This document shows, in pieces, positions 9,977 through 19,647 of a stretch of 64,000 bases of DNA. Both the position numbers and the translations under genes were made by a program. The number at the start of each line of letters is the position of its first letter. Positions within the stretch are counted from its first letter, which is position 1. The stretch spans positions 131,251 through 195,250 of the forward strand of contig JAUVZX010000001.1 of the NCBI GenBank assembly GCA_030602345.1, in the 5' to 3' direction. The stretch comes from Bacilli bacterium. Lineage in GTDB: Bacteria; Bacillota_I; Bacilli_A; RF39; UBA660. The notes beneath the pieces are model-generated. The model was not told where the DNA came from. It made no database searches and saw only the letters and a program-made list of their open reading frames with translations.

Positions 9977-10603
9977 TTATCTTATCACTTCCACCATATA
10001 AATTATATCACCTTTTGAAGAAAATTTCATCTCATACTCGGTCATAATATTATCTTTTGGATTATCTTGATGAAGGTTTAAGGATAAATCTTCTATTTTT
10101 AATCCATATTCAACATATGATTTTAGAGAATATTCAAATAAACTACGATTATCAGTTTTTTGAATAATCTTATAATTAATTAAAATATTGTCATATTTTT
10201 CTAAAAAAGAATGATGAGTTAATCTTCTTTTAGCATGTCTTTTTTTAGGCCAAGGATCAGAAAAATTCAAATATATACAACTTACTTCTTTTCCAAATAC
10301 TTCATCTAATTCTTCAGCATCCATACTAATTAATTTTAAATTAGGTAAATTTATATCTTCCAACTTATTTAAAACAAACATTTGGGCTGAAGGATATTTT
10401 TCTATTCCTATAAAATTGATATGTGGGTGCTTTTTAGCCATTTCTACGATGAAATTACCTTTCCCCATACCTATTTCTATCCTTAACTCATTTTGTTCTT
10501 TAAATAGAGAATTAAAGTTATTTTTATACTCTTTATAATTTTCGATTAAATAACCTGAAGCTAATAATTTTTCATATGCTCCTTTTATATTTTTTAAACG
10601 CAT
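9977..10603 (-). CDS. trmB: tRNA (guanine46-N7)-methyltransferase
   Basis: TrmB-like SAM methyltransferase (…EIGMGKGNFIVEMAKKHPHINFIGIE…). The start was moved to MRLKN (10603, alternative MVFPY at 10648). The ORF-track N-terminal extension (MEVFLQEAEAEA…) is the antisense of the upstream Gly-rich tail. Confidence 0.7.
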   Translation of the reverse strand: MRLKNIKGAYEKLLASGYLIENYKEYKNNFNSLFKEQNELRIEIGMGKGNFIVEMAKKHPHINFIGIEKYPSAQMFVLNKLEDINLPNLKLISMDAEELDEVFGKEVSCIYLNFSDPWPKKRHAKRRLTHHSFLEKYDNILINYKIIQKTDNRSLFEYSLKSYVEYGLKIEDLSLNLHQDNPKDNIMTEYEMKFSSKGDIIYMVEVIR

Positions 10604-10652
10604 TTTATCACCAATAAAATTATACCAAAAAAAATATGGAAAAACCATATTT

Positions 10653-12488
10653 TTAAAAACCTCCACCAGAACCACCGAAGCCTCCGCCTCCGCCTCCTGA
10701 AGAAAAACCTCCACCAGAACCCGAAGCAGATGCTCTTACAGCATGCTGAGCACTACTAATCGAATTAGTTAAACTAGTTGAAATAGCATGATTAACCATC
10801 ATTGTCGTTCTAAAACGATTAAACTCTGGTCCCATCGAACTATTATTAGGCATTTCTTGAATTCTTACTTTCATTACTTTTTCTAACTTAGTAGCAAGAC
10901 CAAATGCCATAGCATAAACCATATATTTACCCCAAAGTTCGATATGGGGCAATTCTTTCGTTTCAAAAGTACCAAAATCATCAATATAATTTTTTACAGC
11001 ACTCCACTTCAAGAACATCTCATCTCCTAAAGGAGTCACAGGCTTACTATATTTAGACATATATGCATAAAATAATATAGTTACAACAATATTACTTACC
11101 ATCACAATAAGTCCTAGTAATCCCATGAAAGCCCATAAGAATACAACTGCAAATATAGTCAATATTAAAAGGGTATCTGCTGCTCTAATTCTTACAAACT
11201 GTAAAGATGTATATCCTTTTTTAATTGTTTCTTGTTTAGATAATTTCTCCCACTCCGCATATTCTTTCATGAATTTTGAAGGAGATTTCTTTGAATAATC
11301 CACAATTTGTTTCATGGTAACAGTATAATTTGATCCTATTTTAGAAAATAATATTTCAATTAATTTCCTCTCTGGAGCAGTTACACTTTCATATGGAAAA
11401 GCATTTAATCTAAACTCAACATCATTTTTAGTTATCGTACTATAATCAATAAATTTTCTTTCAATCAAATACATTAAAGATGCTGAGAAATAATTAGCAT
11501 TAAATACTCCTGGCATAATATTTCCAATTACTTCTGGACCATCTAAACTTGGAAAATCTCTTAGATATTTATGAGGAAAAACTTTATTTTTTTCTTTTCT
11601 TTCTTTAACATACTTATCAAAAAAATAAATATTAAAAGACGTAAGAATAATCATTCCTATTGTTGCTACTACTCCCAAGCCTTTAGAAAAAGCAATCTCT
11701 TGGTTTCTTCTATTAGCATAAATTTCTTCCACTTCTTTAATCTTAGTATAAGCATCATCTATATTAGTTTTAGTAGTCGCCAAACTAACATCAGAAGGAT
11801 CAATAACTACTCTTGCAGATATACCTCTGTTAGAAGGAACACTACTCATTGTAAAAGTAGCAACATTACCACTTTTACCATATTCTCCTCCAATAGGTCC
11901 TCTTGCAAAAACACCAATTATATCACTTTTAGTATATACTCTAGCTTCAAAATCTCTAACCATTGTATTAAATCCATTTTCATGCAATCTAATATATACT
12001 TCTGCTACATCATTATGGACTCTAACAGCACCAATAACTTTATACTCAAAATAATATGCTCTTAAAGAACCCCCAGAAGGTGAAAACACTCTCATTTCAA
12101 AGTTTTTTCCATCATCAGTAACAGTATATATACCACTATCTCCTGGTATGGCACCATATTCTACATATTGAAAAAAGGAATTAAAACGATCTATTAAATC
12201 ATATCCTAACTCTAAATTTTGATTAGTACTACCTGCTCTTAAAGGAACTATTTTAGTTGGAACATAAGATAAATCATCATCAAATGAGTTATTGTTGAAG
12301 AAAAAAGCTCTATCTAAGTAAGCATCATTCATAAAATAACCATTTTCAGGATTAGCAATTACTACTTTTTTAACAATAATATCGCCATTTTCTAATATTT
12401 CATATTTTTGATATATACCATCTACTCTCATCCCAAAAACAAAAACTGGAAACAAGAATAAAATAACCATAAATATAAGTTTTTTCAT
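10653..12488 (-). CDS. DUF2207 family membrane protein with Gly-rich C-tail
   Basis: Signal peptide MKKLIFMVILFLFPVFVFG starts at 12488 (the ORF-track start at 12590 would overlap LemA). It has a large extracellular domain, TM helices and a C-terminal GSGGGFSSGGGGGGFGGSGGGF tail. Pairing with LemA is typical of this family. Confidence 0.7.
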   Translation of the reverse strand: MKKLIFMVILFLFPVFVFGMRVDGIYQKYEILENGDIIVKKVVIANPENGYFMNDAYLDRAFFFNNNSFDDDLSYVPTKIVPLRAGSTNQNLELGYDLIDRFNSFFQYVEYGAIPGDSGIYTVTDDGKNFEMRVFSPSGGSLRAYYFEYKVIGAVRVHNDVAEVYIRLHENGFNTMVRDFEARVYTKSDIIGVFARGPIGGEYGKSGNVATFTMSSVPSNRGISARVVIDPSDVSLATTKTNIDDAYTKIKEVEEIYANRRNQEIAFSKGLGVVATIGMIILTSFNIYFFDKYVKERKEKNKVFPHKYLRDFPSLDGPEVIGNIMPGVFNANYFSASLMYLIERKFIDYSTITKNDVEFRLNAFPYESVTAPERKLIEILFSKIGSNYTVTMKQIVDYSKKSPSKFMKEYAEWEKLSKQETIKKGYTSLQFVRIRAADTLLILTIFAVVFLWAFMGLLGLIVMVSNIVVTILFYAYMSKYSKPVTPLGDEMFLKWSAVKNYIDDFGTFETKELPHIELWGKYMVYAMAFGLATKLEKVMKVRIQEMPNNSSMGPEFNRFRTTMMVNHAISTSLTNSISSAQHAVRASASGSGGGFSSGGGGGGFGGSGGGF

Positions 12489-12525
12489 AGTTTCTCCTTT
12501 TAAAAAAGACTTATTAAAAATAAGT

Positions 12526-13077
12526 CTAAAATTTAACTTGTGGTGCAACTTTTTCGTTTTCTGTTGCTTCAAAGAAAGGCATATTTTCAAACTTAAACAT
12601 TGAAGCTACAATGTTACTCGGGAAAACTTGCATTAAATTTCTATATTGTAAAACAGCATCATTATAAAATTGTCTTGCATAAGATATTTTATCTTCTGTT
12701 TCTTTTAAATTAGCTTGTAAATCTAAAAAGTTAGTATTTGCTTTTAAATCTGGATAAGCTTCTGCTAAAGCAAATAATCTTCCTAAAGTCGCTGTTAATT
12801 CACCATTTGCTTGCATTTCTGCTTCTGCAGATGGTGCACTTACCACACGATTACGCGCTGTAATAACTGCATCAAATGTTTCTTTTTCATGAGATGCATA
12901 ACCTTTTACTGTTTCTACTAAATTAGGGATTAAGTCAGCACGTCTTTTTAAAAATACGTCTACCTGAGCCCATTGATCTTGTGTCATATTTCTTCTTTGA
13001 ATTAATTTGTTATATGTTGAAGCAACATACATAGCAATTAATCCTACTATTACTAATAAAATTATTAAAAATTCCAT
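12526..13077 (-). CDS. lemA: LemA family protein
   Basis: 183 aa with an N-terminal TM helix and conserved LemA core (…ARQFYNDAVLQYRN…). Confidence 0.85.
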   Translation of the reverse strand: MEFLIILLVIVGLIAMYVASTYNKLIQRRNMTQDQWAQVDVFLKRRADLIPNLVETVKGYASHEKETFDAVITARNRVVSAPSAEAEMQANGELTATLGRLFALAEAYPDLKANTNFLDLQANLKETEDKISYARQFYNDAVLQYRNLMQVFPSNIVASMFKFENMPFFEATENEKVAPQVKF

Positions 13078-13135
13078 ATATCCTCCTAATTAAATACTAT
13101 ATTATTTATTATAAATTGTCAATAAAAACCAAATA

Positions 13136-14971
13136 CTAGAAACCTCCACCTGAGCCTCCAAAGCCACCTTTTCCGCCCCCAGAAGATAACCCACCTCCAG
13201 AACCAGAAGATGAAGCTTTTCTTCCCATGCGTGATGTTCTAATTGAACGACTAACGCTATTAGATAAAGTTTGATTTATTATCATTGTTACTCTTAAATG
13301 ATTTAAGTTGGCCGTTAATAAACTTCTATTTGGTATTTCTTCTATTTTTATGTTCATTGCTCTTTCTAATTTTGTAGCAAGACCAAATGCCGTGGCATAA
13401 ACTATATATTTACCCCAAAGCTCTATTTGAGGCAATTCTTTAGTTTCAAAATTACCAAAATCATCAATATAATTTTTTAAAGCACTCCATTTAAGAGCCG
13501 TCTCATGGCCTAAATCAGTAGTTGGCCTACTATGAATTGTAATATAATAACTTATCATGGCATAGGCTAAAATATTACCCAAAACTAAACCATAACTAAT
13601 AAAATTATAGTAATTAAAACCTAAAGCAGCAATAAACATAATAATAATCACTAAACCATTAAAACTTGATAAAGATGGTTTTCTTTTAGCTAAATACTTC
13701 TTCTGATATGCTTCTTTTCTACTTAATTCTTCCCATAGTTTATATTCCTTAGCAAATTCCTCTTTATTGTTTTTAGAGTATTTTTCAACTTGTTTCATTG
13801 AAACAGTTAAATTGGTCCCTATTTTATAGAAAAATATTTCGATTAATTTTCTTTCTGCTTCAGTTATTTTTTCATAAGGAACTTTATTTAATATAAGCAC
13901 AACATCATTTTTATCTATTTCACTATAACTTGCATATTTTTTTTCAACTAAATTCATTAATGCTGCCGAAAAATAATTACCATTAAATTGACCAGGCATA
14001 ATATGACCTACTACCTCTGGACCATCTAAACTTGGAAAATCCCTTAAATACTTATGAGGAAAAACTTTATTTTTTTCTTTTAATTTTTCTTCAAATTTAA
14101 AATAATAATATATTTGAGACACAATAGATAAAACCAAAGTAAAGTTCACTAACATATTAAAATAATTAAATGCTCTTAACTCTGCATTTCTTTGATCAGC
14201 ATATCCCTTTTCCACCAATACAATTTGTGGATAAGCTTCATCAAAATTTGTTTTTATATTAGCTAAACTAACATCAGAAGGATCAATTACAACTCTTGCA
14301 GAAATACCTGATAAAGCAGGAATATTTCTCATTTTAAAAGTAGCAACATTACCATTTTTATTATAGTCTCCACCAATCGGTCCTCTTCCAAAAACTCCTA
14401 TAATATCACTCTTTGTATAAATTCTTGCTTCAAATTTTCTAACATTATAATTAAATTCACTATCATGCAATCTAATAAATACTTCTGCTACATCATTGTG
14501 GACTCTAACGGCATCATAAACAATATATTCAAAATAATATGCTCTTAAAAATCCATTTGAAGGAGCAAATACATTTATTTCAAAAGTATTTTCCATCATT
14601 AGTACATTAAATTTACCAGTTTCACCTTTTTGAATTAATTCTACAACTCTTTCATAAAATTCATCAAATGAATCAATCAAGTCATAACCAGACATTAAAT
14701 TTTTACTAGTACTACCTGCTCTTATGACTTCGAATCCCGTTGGAGCATAAGCTAGATCATTATCAAAAGAACTCAAAGTAAACACTAGTGGGCTTTTTGA
14801 AATACTATCGTCCATATAATACCCATTTTCAGGATTAGCGATAACTACTTTCTTAACTAAAACATTACCATTTTCAAGTATTTCATATTTTTGATATATG
14901 CTATCTACTCTCATCCCCAAAACAAAAGAAGGTAATAAAAATAATATAATTGTAAACAAAACTTTTTTCAT
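13136..14971 (-). CDS. DUF2207 family membrane protein, paralog 2
   Basis: 611 aa. It has the same architecture as 10653..12488 (signal peptide MKKVLFTIILFLLPSFVLG, conserved blocks RAYYFEY…VRVHNDVAEV…, and a C-terminal SGGGKGGFGGSGGGF tail). Confidence 0.7.
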   Translation of the reverse strand: MKKVLFTIILFLLPSFVLGMRVDSIYQKYEILENGNVLVKKVVIANPENGYYMDDSISKSPLVFTLSSFDNDLAYAPTGFEVIRAGSTSKNLMSGYDLIDSFDEFYERVVELIQKGETGKFNVLMMENTFEINVFAPSNGFLRAYYFEYIVYDAVRVHNDVAEVFIRLHDSEFNYNVRKFEARIYTKSDIIGVFGRGPIGGDYNKNGNVATFKMRNIPALSGISARVVIDPSDVSLANIKTNFDEAYPQIVLVEKGYADQRNAELRAFNYFNMLVNFTLVLSIVSQIYYYFKFEEKLKEKNKVFPHKYLRDFPSLDGPEVVGHIMPGQFNGNYFSAALMNLVEKKYASYSEIDKNDVVLILNKVPYEKITEAERKLIEIFFYKIGTNLTVSMKQVEKYSKNNKEEFAKEYKLWEELSRKEAYQKKYLAKRKPSLSSFNGLVIIIMFIAALGFNYYNFISYGLVLGNILAYAMISYYITIHSRPTTDLGHETALKWSALKNYIDDFGNFETKELPQIELWGKYIVYATAFGLATKLERAMNIKIEEIPNRSLLTANLNHLRVTMIINQTLSNSVSRSIRTSRMGRKASSSGSGGGLSSGGGKGGFGGSGGGF

Positions 14972-15017
14972 AAAACTCCTTTTAAAAAAACTTATTAAAA
15001 ATAAGTTCTTTTAATTA

Positions 15018-16517
15018 TTATCTATTAGAAATGGTTAATCTAAATCCCATAGTAGAAGAATCAATACCTGAAGACGAAGTATAACTAAAAATACTTGCTG
15101 TTGACGAAGTAGCAGAACCTCCTCTTTCTAACCAAGGGTTAGATAAATCAACAAAATTAGAAGTTCCACTATACCAACCAGCTGTCTCTGCTAAAGCATG
15201 ACCTGTACAAGGTAAATTAAAACATGCCGTTAAAGGAGATAAAGTTGTGTAATGATTATAATATTTTTCATCAGGGAATGATGAAAAACCTGAGTTACCA
15301 TTAGTTCTTCTATAATTACCCATTACAAACTCACTTACACCACCAGCCATATCATATACTCCATATACATTACCAGTCGTACTTGCTCTTTGACCATTTG
15401 TCGTAGTATATGCGTTAGCACATCCCGCTACTGCAGCAGCTGTAACACTATTTCCTGCACACCCCGTTATATACGTATTACTATTATTTTTCCAAATTTG
15501 AACACCACTACCATATTGACTAGCAGCTAAGTAAGATACTGCACCCCATTCACTATTTTTAGCCATTCTTGCTTCAAAAATTGATTTAGAAATACCAAAC
15601 TCATTATTATCACCTGAAACGACATCTAAGTTAGCAAACAATAATAAAGGTTGAACGCTTCTTAAAGCTGAAATACTAGGCTTAATTCTAAGATTAGTTA
15701 AAGTTCCTCCAGTTTCAAACTTACCAAACCAAAAACCAGTTAACTCACGATTGCCATAAGTAAAGGCAGGATGCGTAATATAAGAAGCTCCCACTCCTGT
15801 CCCAGTCGCTCTTTCATAAAGACCTTCTTCAAAGTTAACGACTATATTATTAACACCTGAAACACCATAATTAAATCTTGGAATCCACACTAAATACATT
15901 AAAATATCAACTTCCCTAACTTCAATACCTAAAGCAGCATCTGACTCATAATATTCTCTTGTTCTAGTACCCACTTCTTTAACTAAAGCAACATTAGCCC
16001 ACATTCTATTAGTATAATCATACCATTTAGCAGAACTAGGATTACGATAATCTGCCTTAACCCATTTAGTACCATCCCATCTAATAGGAATCAATCCCTT
16101 AGATAAAACAGGTTCAGAAGCTAACGAAGTGTCACTATTAAAAACACAAGCCTCTTCCTTAACAATTATTCTTTTCTCATCATATATTTTAGTTGCACAC
16201 CAATCTTTATATTGAATAATAGCAGAAATTCTTCCATCCTCATCCAACTTAACAATTCCTGTACCATTAATCGGAGTCTCTAAATCAATATTAGGCTCTA
16301 TTACACCATTAACAATATTATAAACACGATTTATATTAAAACCACTACTAGCCTTATCCATATCAACTGCCTTAATCAAAGCTGCTACACTATCTTCAAA
16401 AGCTCCCTTTTCAGAACTCTTTAAAACATTACCTATTGTAGGAGCAGTAATCAAACTAACAATTGCAATAATAGCAATAACTGCCAATAACTCAATTAAT
16501 GTAAAACCTTTTTTCAT
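15018..16517 (-). CDS. Modular type IV pilin-like protein with C-terminal FGE-sulfatase (SUMF1-like) domain
   Basis: N-terminus MKKGFTLIELLAVIAIIAIV is a class III signal. The C-terminal 250 aa carry FGE-family motifs (…KNSEWGAVSYLAASQYG…, GVYDMAGGVSEFVMGNY, ERGGSATSS resembling RGGSW). Confidence 0.6.
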   Translation of the reverse strand: MKKGFTLIELLAVIAIIAIVSLITAPTIGNVLKSSEKGAFEDSVAALIKAVDMDKASSGFNINRVYNIVNGVIEPNIDLETPINGTGIVKLDEDGRISAIIQYKDWCATKIYDEKRIIVKEEACVFNSDTSLASEPVLSKGLIPIRWDGTKWVKADYRNPSSAKWYDYTNRMWANVALVKEVGTRTREYYESDAALGIEVREVDILMYLVWIPRFNYGVSGVNNIVVNFEEGLYERATGTGVGASYITHPAFTYGNRELTGFWFGKFETGGTLTNLRIKPSISALRSVQPLLLFANLDVVSGDNNEFGISKSIFEARMAKNSEWGAVSYLAASQYGSGVQIWKNNSNTYITGCAGNSVTAAAVAGCANAYTTTNGQRASTTGNVYGVYDMAGGVSEFVMGNYRRTNGNSGFSSFPDEKYYNHYTTLSPLTACFNLPCTGHALAETAGWYSGTSNFVDLSNPWLERGGSATSSTASIFSYTSSSGIDSSTMGFRLTISNR

Positions 16518-16564
16518 ATAATCACCTACTTTAATTATAACACAAAAAAAGGATTAAAATAATC

Positions 16565-17590
16565 CTAAAATGTTTGCCAACCTCCTGCAGTAAAGTAACT
16601 TGGTGCCCCAGAGTTATTTATCCACACTCTATTTATAATTTCATCCATTTGTTCTTTTGTTGGTTCATTTCCTGTACCAAATGCTTCTGTTAAATTCATG
16701 AACATAACCGCCTTAACTGTTGCATAAGCATTTCCGTTCAAATAAGCACCGGCATGCGAAAAATTAAGTTGAATCCTGAATGAAGTTGCTGTAGAAGCTC
16801 TAGAGTCACTCGCATTTACTACATAAGAGTTCTTACCAATTAAAATGTTGTCGCCACCATACGAAACGTATGTTGGATGAACAGAAGACAATTGAAAAGT
16901 AGGAGTGTAAATATTATGACCTTCTAAAAAATCAATATTAACATAGTATCTATTATTAAGTATGGGCAAAACACTAAAATTATATATCAATCTAAACGTA
17001 CTGTGTACGTCACCACTATATAATCTTTGATATCGATTACTAGTTATTACTTCGGATAGCAAAGTATTTTCACGTCCCCAACCGGTAGCCAATATATCAT
17101 TACCTGCACTAAAATCACCATTGATTACTAAATTATTAAATGGTGCGTTTACTTGTGAATAATATATATTACTTACACATTCACTCTCGCTCATCTTACT
17201 TACTACTATCTCTTCGCTACTTCTATCCTTAACTGAACAATGGACTCCATCATATAAAGCTAACTTTATACTTCCGTCTTCAAATATATGAATTCCTCCT
17301 GATTTAGGATTATTTCCATTAAAGACTATGTCTTTATCATTAGGATATACTGTTTTATCACCTTCATTAAATAATACAAATATTGGTACATTTCCATTTC
17401 CTGTCTTATCTAATACATATAAGTTTTCACTAGCCTTAATTAATCCTTGTGTTGATGATCTAAAACTTCTTTCTTGTGCTGTTTCTATCATATTAAGTGC
17501 ATTTGGCACTGTAATTAATGCAATGATTGCTAGTACTACCATTACTACTAATAATTCTATTAATGTAAATCCTTTTTTCTTCTTTTTCAT
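16565..17590 (-). CDS. Pilin-like surface protein, variable paralog A
   Basis: MKKKKKGFTLIELLVVMVVLAIIALITVPNAL is a class III signal. The first ~150 aa and the last ~35 aa are conserved with the two neighbouring paralogs, and the centre is divergent. Confidence 0.65.
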   Translation of the reverse strand: MKKKKKGFTLIELLVVMVVLAIIALITVPNALNMIETAQERSFRSSTQGLIKASENLYVLDKTGNGNVPIFVLFNEGDKTVYPNDKDIVFNGNNPKSGGIHIFEDGSIKLALYDGVHCSVKDRSSEEIVVSKMSESECVSNIYYSQVNAPFNNLVINGDFSAGNDILATGWGRENTLLSEVITSNRYQRLYSGDVHSTFRLIYNFSVLPILNNRYYVNIDFLEGHNIYTPTFQLSSVHPTYVSYGGDNILIGKNSYVVNASDSRASTATSFRIQLNFSHAGAYLNGNAYATVKAVMFMNLTEAFGTGNEPTKEQMDEIINRVWINNSGAPSYFTAGGWQTF

Positions 17591-17641
17591 ATACCCCTAC
17601 CTTATTAAAAGTATAACAAAAAAAGAATTGTTATTCAATTC

Positions 17642-18562
17642 TTAAAATGTTTTCCATCCTCCTGCGGTAAAGTAATTTGGTATACCTAAATTATTTATCC
17701 ACACTCTGTCTAATTGCCCTTCACTAGGATTGATCCACCCCTCTAAAATGATTACATTTGCTAACATATTACCCTGAACCGAAATGTTTGTTTGCAACCA
17801 TATACTACCTAAAGAATCCGAAGGTAATGGATTTTGAGCTACCGCTTGTGCATAATATAGTCCTGTTGCCCCCGTATTTATTGTAACTTGAGGTATTAAT
17901 AAATCAAACCTAGAATCAGTTCTTAATATCGCCGGCATATTAAAATTGTTTTCTAGAATATCTAAAATAACTGTGTACTCCCCTCCTGCAATTGGTCTCC
18001 ACTGAAATCTATTTAATATCCTATCCCAAACTCCACCATTAAAGCGAATGTTTTCACCAACTTTTGAAGAATTAGAAAAAACCATTGTACTATGATTATA
18101 TAAATTATTAAAAGGTGCACTTACTTGTGAATAGTATATATTACTTATACATTCACTATCACTCATCTTACTTAGTATTATATCTTCACTACTTCTATTT
18201 TTAACTGAACAATATACTCCATCATATAATGCCAACTTTATACTTCCATCTTCAAATATGTGGATTCCTCCTGATTTGGGATTACTTCCACTAAATATGA
18301 TATCTCTATCATTTGGATATACTGTTTTTTCTCCTTCATTAAATAATACAAATACTGGTACGTTTCCATTTCCTGTCTTATCTAATACATATAAGTTTTC
18401 ACTAGCTTTAATCAATCCCTTTGTTGATGATCTAAAACTTCTTTCTTGAGCTGTTTCTATCATATTAAGTGCATTGGGCACTGTGATTAATGCTATTATT
18501 GCTAGTACTACCATTACTACTAATAACTCTATTAATGTAAATCCTTTTTTCTTCTTTTTCAT
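17642..18562 (-). CDS. Pilin-like surface protein, variable paralog B
   Basis: Same N-terminus as paralog A, nearly identical at the nucleotide level, with the conserved C-terminal …RVWINNLGIPNYFTAGGWKTF. Confidence 0.65.
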   Translation of the reverse strand: MKKKKKGFTLIELLVVMVVLAIIALITVPNALNMIETAQERSFRSSTKGLIKASENLYVLDKTGNGNVPVFVLFNEGEKTVYPNDRDIIFSGSNPKSGGIHIFEDGSIKLALYDGVYCSVKNRSSEDIILSKMSDSECISNIYYSQVSAPFNNLYNHSTMVFSNSSKVGENIRFNGGVWDRILNRFQWRPIAGGEYTVILDILENNFNMPAILRTDSRFDLLIPQVTINTGATGLYYAQAVAQNPLPSDSLGSIWLQTNISVQGNMLANVIILEGWINPSEGQLDRVWINNLGIPNYFTAGGWKTF

Positions 18563-18613
18563 ATACCCCTACCTTATTAAAAGTATAACAAAAAAAGGAT
18601 TGCTATTCAATCC

Positions 18614-19594
18614 TTAGAATGTTTTCCAACCTCCTGCAGTAAAGTAATGTACTACTCCAGAACCATTGATCCATACTCTATTTATGATTTCATCCATCTC
18701 TTCTTTTGTTGGTTCATTACCTGCTCCATATAAAGATGTTAAATCAAGCGTTATAGCTTTTTTTATTTCCATTATTTTCCCGTTCGCTTCAGATGCACTT
18801 GAATAAGATTGAACAATTATATTATAAGATGATACAGTTGCAGTCGCCGTTCTATTGGTAGAAAATACATACCATTTGCCAATTATAGAATTATATACGT
18901 TTACATCACTATTTGTAACATTAAATGATCTTTGTCTTAAAAAATCCGGGTTTCCATTAATTATTCTTGCTTCCCAATTATAATAATATACATTATTTAA
19001 TACGATATTTATAGATCTTCCAACGTATGATTGATTCCCAACTCCATTACCAGTAAGTCTTAAGACTCTCCCAACTACTTCTTGAGTAGAGTTACTTGCA
19101 ATCCACCCAGATGTTCCATTACTAAAGTCTCCATTGGTTATCAAATTATTAAATGGTGCACTTGTTTGTTCATAATATATATTTGATAAACAAATATTCT
19201 CACTTATCTTACTTATTGTTATTTCTTCGCTTGTTCTATTCTTTATTGAACAATATGTTCCATCATATAAAGCTAGTTTTATACTTCCGTCTTCAAATAT
19301 ATGGATTCCTCCTGATTCAGGATTACTTCCATTAAACATGATGTCTTTAGTATTTGGATATACTGTTTTTATTCCATTTTCAAACAAGATAAAGACTGGT
19401 ACATTTCCATTTCCTGTCTTATCTAATACATATAGGTTTTCACTAGCCTTAATTAATCCTTGTGTTGATGATCTAAAACTTCTTTCTTGAGCTGTTTCTA
19501 TCATATTAAGTGCATTTGGCACTGTAATTAATGCTATTATCGCTAGCACTACCATTACTACTAATAACTCTATTAATGTAAATCCCTTTTTCAT
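18614..19594 (-). CDS. Pilin-like surface protein, variable paralog C
   Basis: Same N-terminal 150 aa block and C-terminal …RVWINGSGVVHYFTAGGWKTF, with a divergent centre. Confidence 0.65.
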   Translation of the reverse strand: MKKGFTLIELLVVMVVLAIIALITVPNALNMIETAQERSFRSSTQGLIKASENLYVLDKTGNGNVPVFILFENGIKTVYPNTKDIMFNGSNPESGGIHIFEDGSIKLALYDGTYCSIKNRTSEEITISKISENICLSNIYYEQTSAPFNNLITNGDFSNGTSGWIASNSTQEVVGRVLRLTGNGVGNQSYVGRSINIVLNNVYYYNWEARIINGNPDFLRQRSFNVTNSDVNVYNSIIGKWYVFSTNRTATATVSSYNIIVQSYSSASEANGKIMEIKKAITLDLTSLYGAGNEPTKEEMDEIINRVWINGSGVVHYFTAGGWKTF

Positions 19595-19647
19595 ATACCC
19601 CTACCTTATTAAAAGTATAACAAAAAAAGAATTGTTATTCAATTCTT

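Noticed and set aside
10604-10714. N-terminal extension of trmB ORF (MEVFLQEAEAEASVVLVEVF…)
   Set aside because: It is the reverse-frame reading of the Gly-rich codon run (GGGSGGGF) of the DUF2207 tail. The true trmB start is the downstream Met (10603 or 10648).
12489-12590. 5' extension of DUF2207 paralog 1 (MKICLSLKQQKTKK…) overlapping lemA
   Set aside because: It has no RBS and overlaps the LemA C-terminus by 65 nt. A canonical signal peptide begins at the internal MKKLIFMV (12488).
10653-14971. Gly-rich tails of DUF2207 proteins and Gly repeats of 33371..34705 as collagen-like or PE-PGRS-like genes
   Set aside because: There is no Gly-X-Y triplet periodicity. The tails are short (about 25 aa) and match the known low-complexity C-termini of DUF2207 proteins. 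The long Gly-rich protein lacks collagen periodicity as well.
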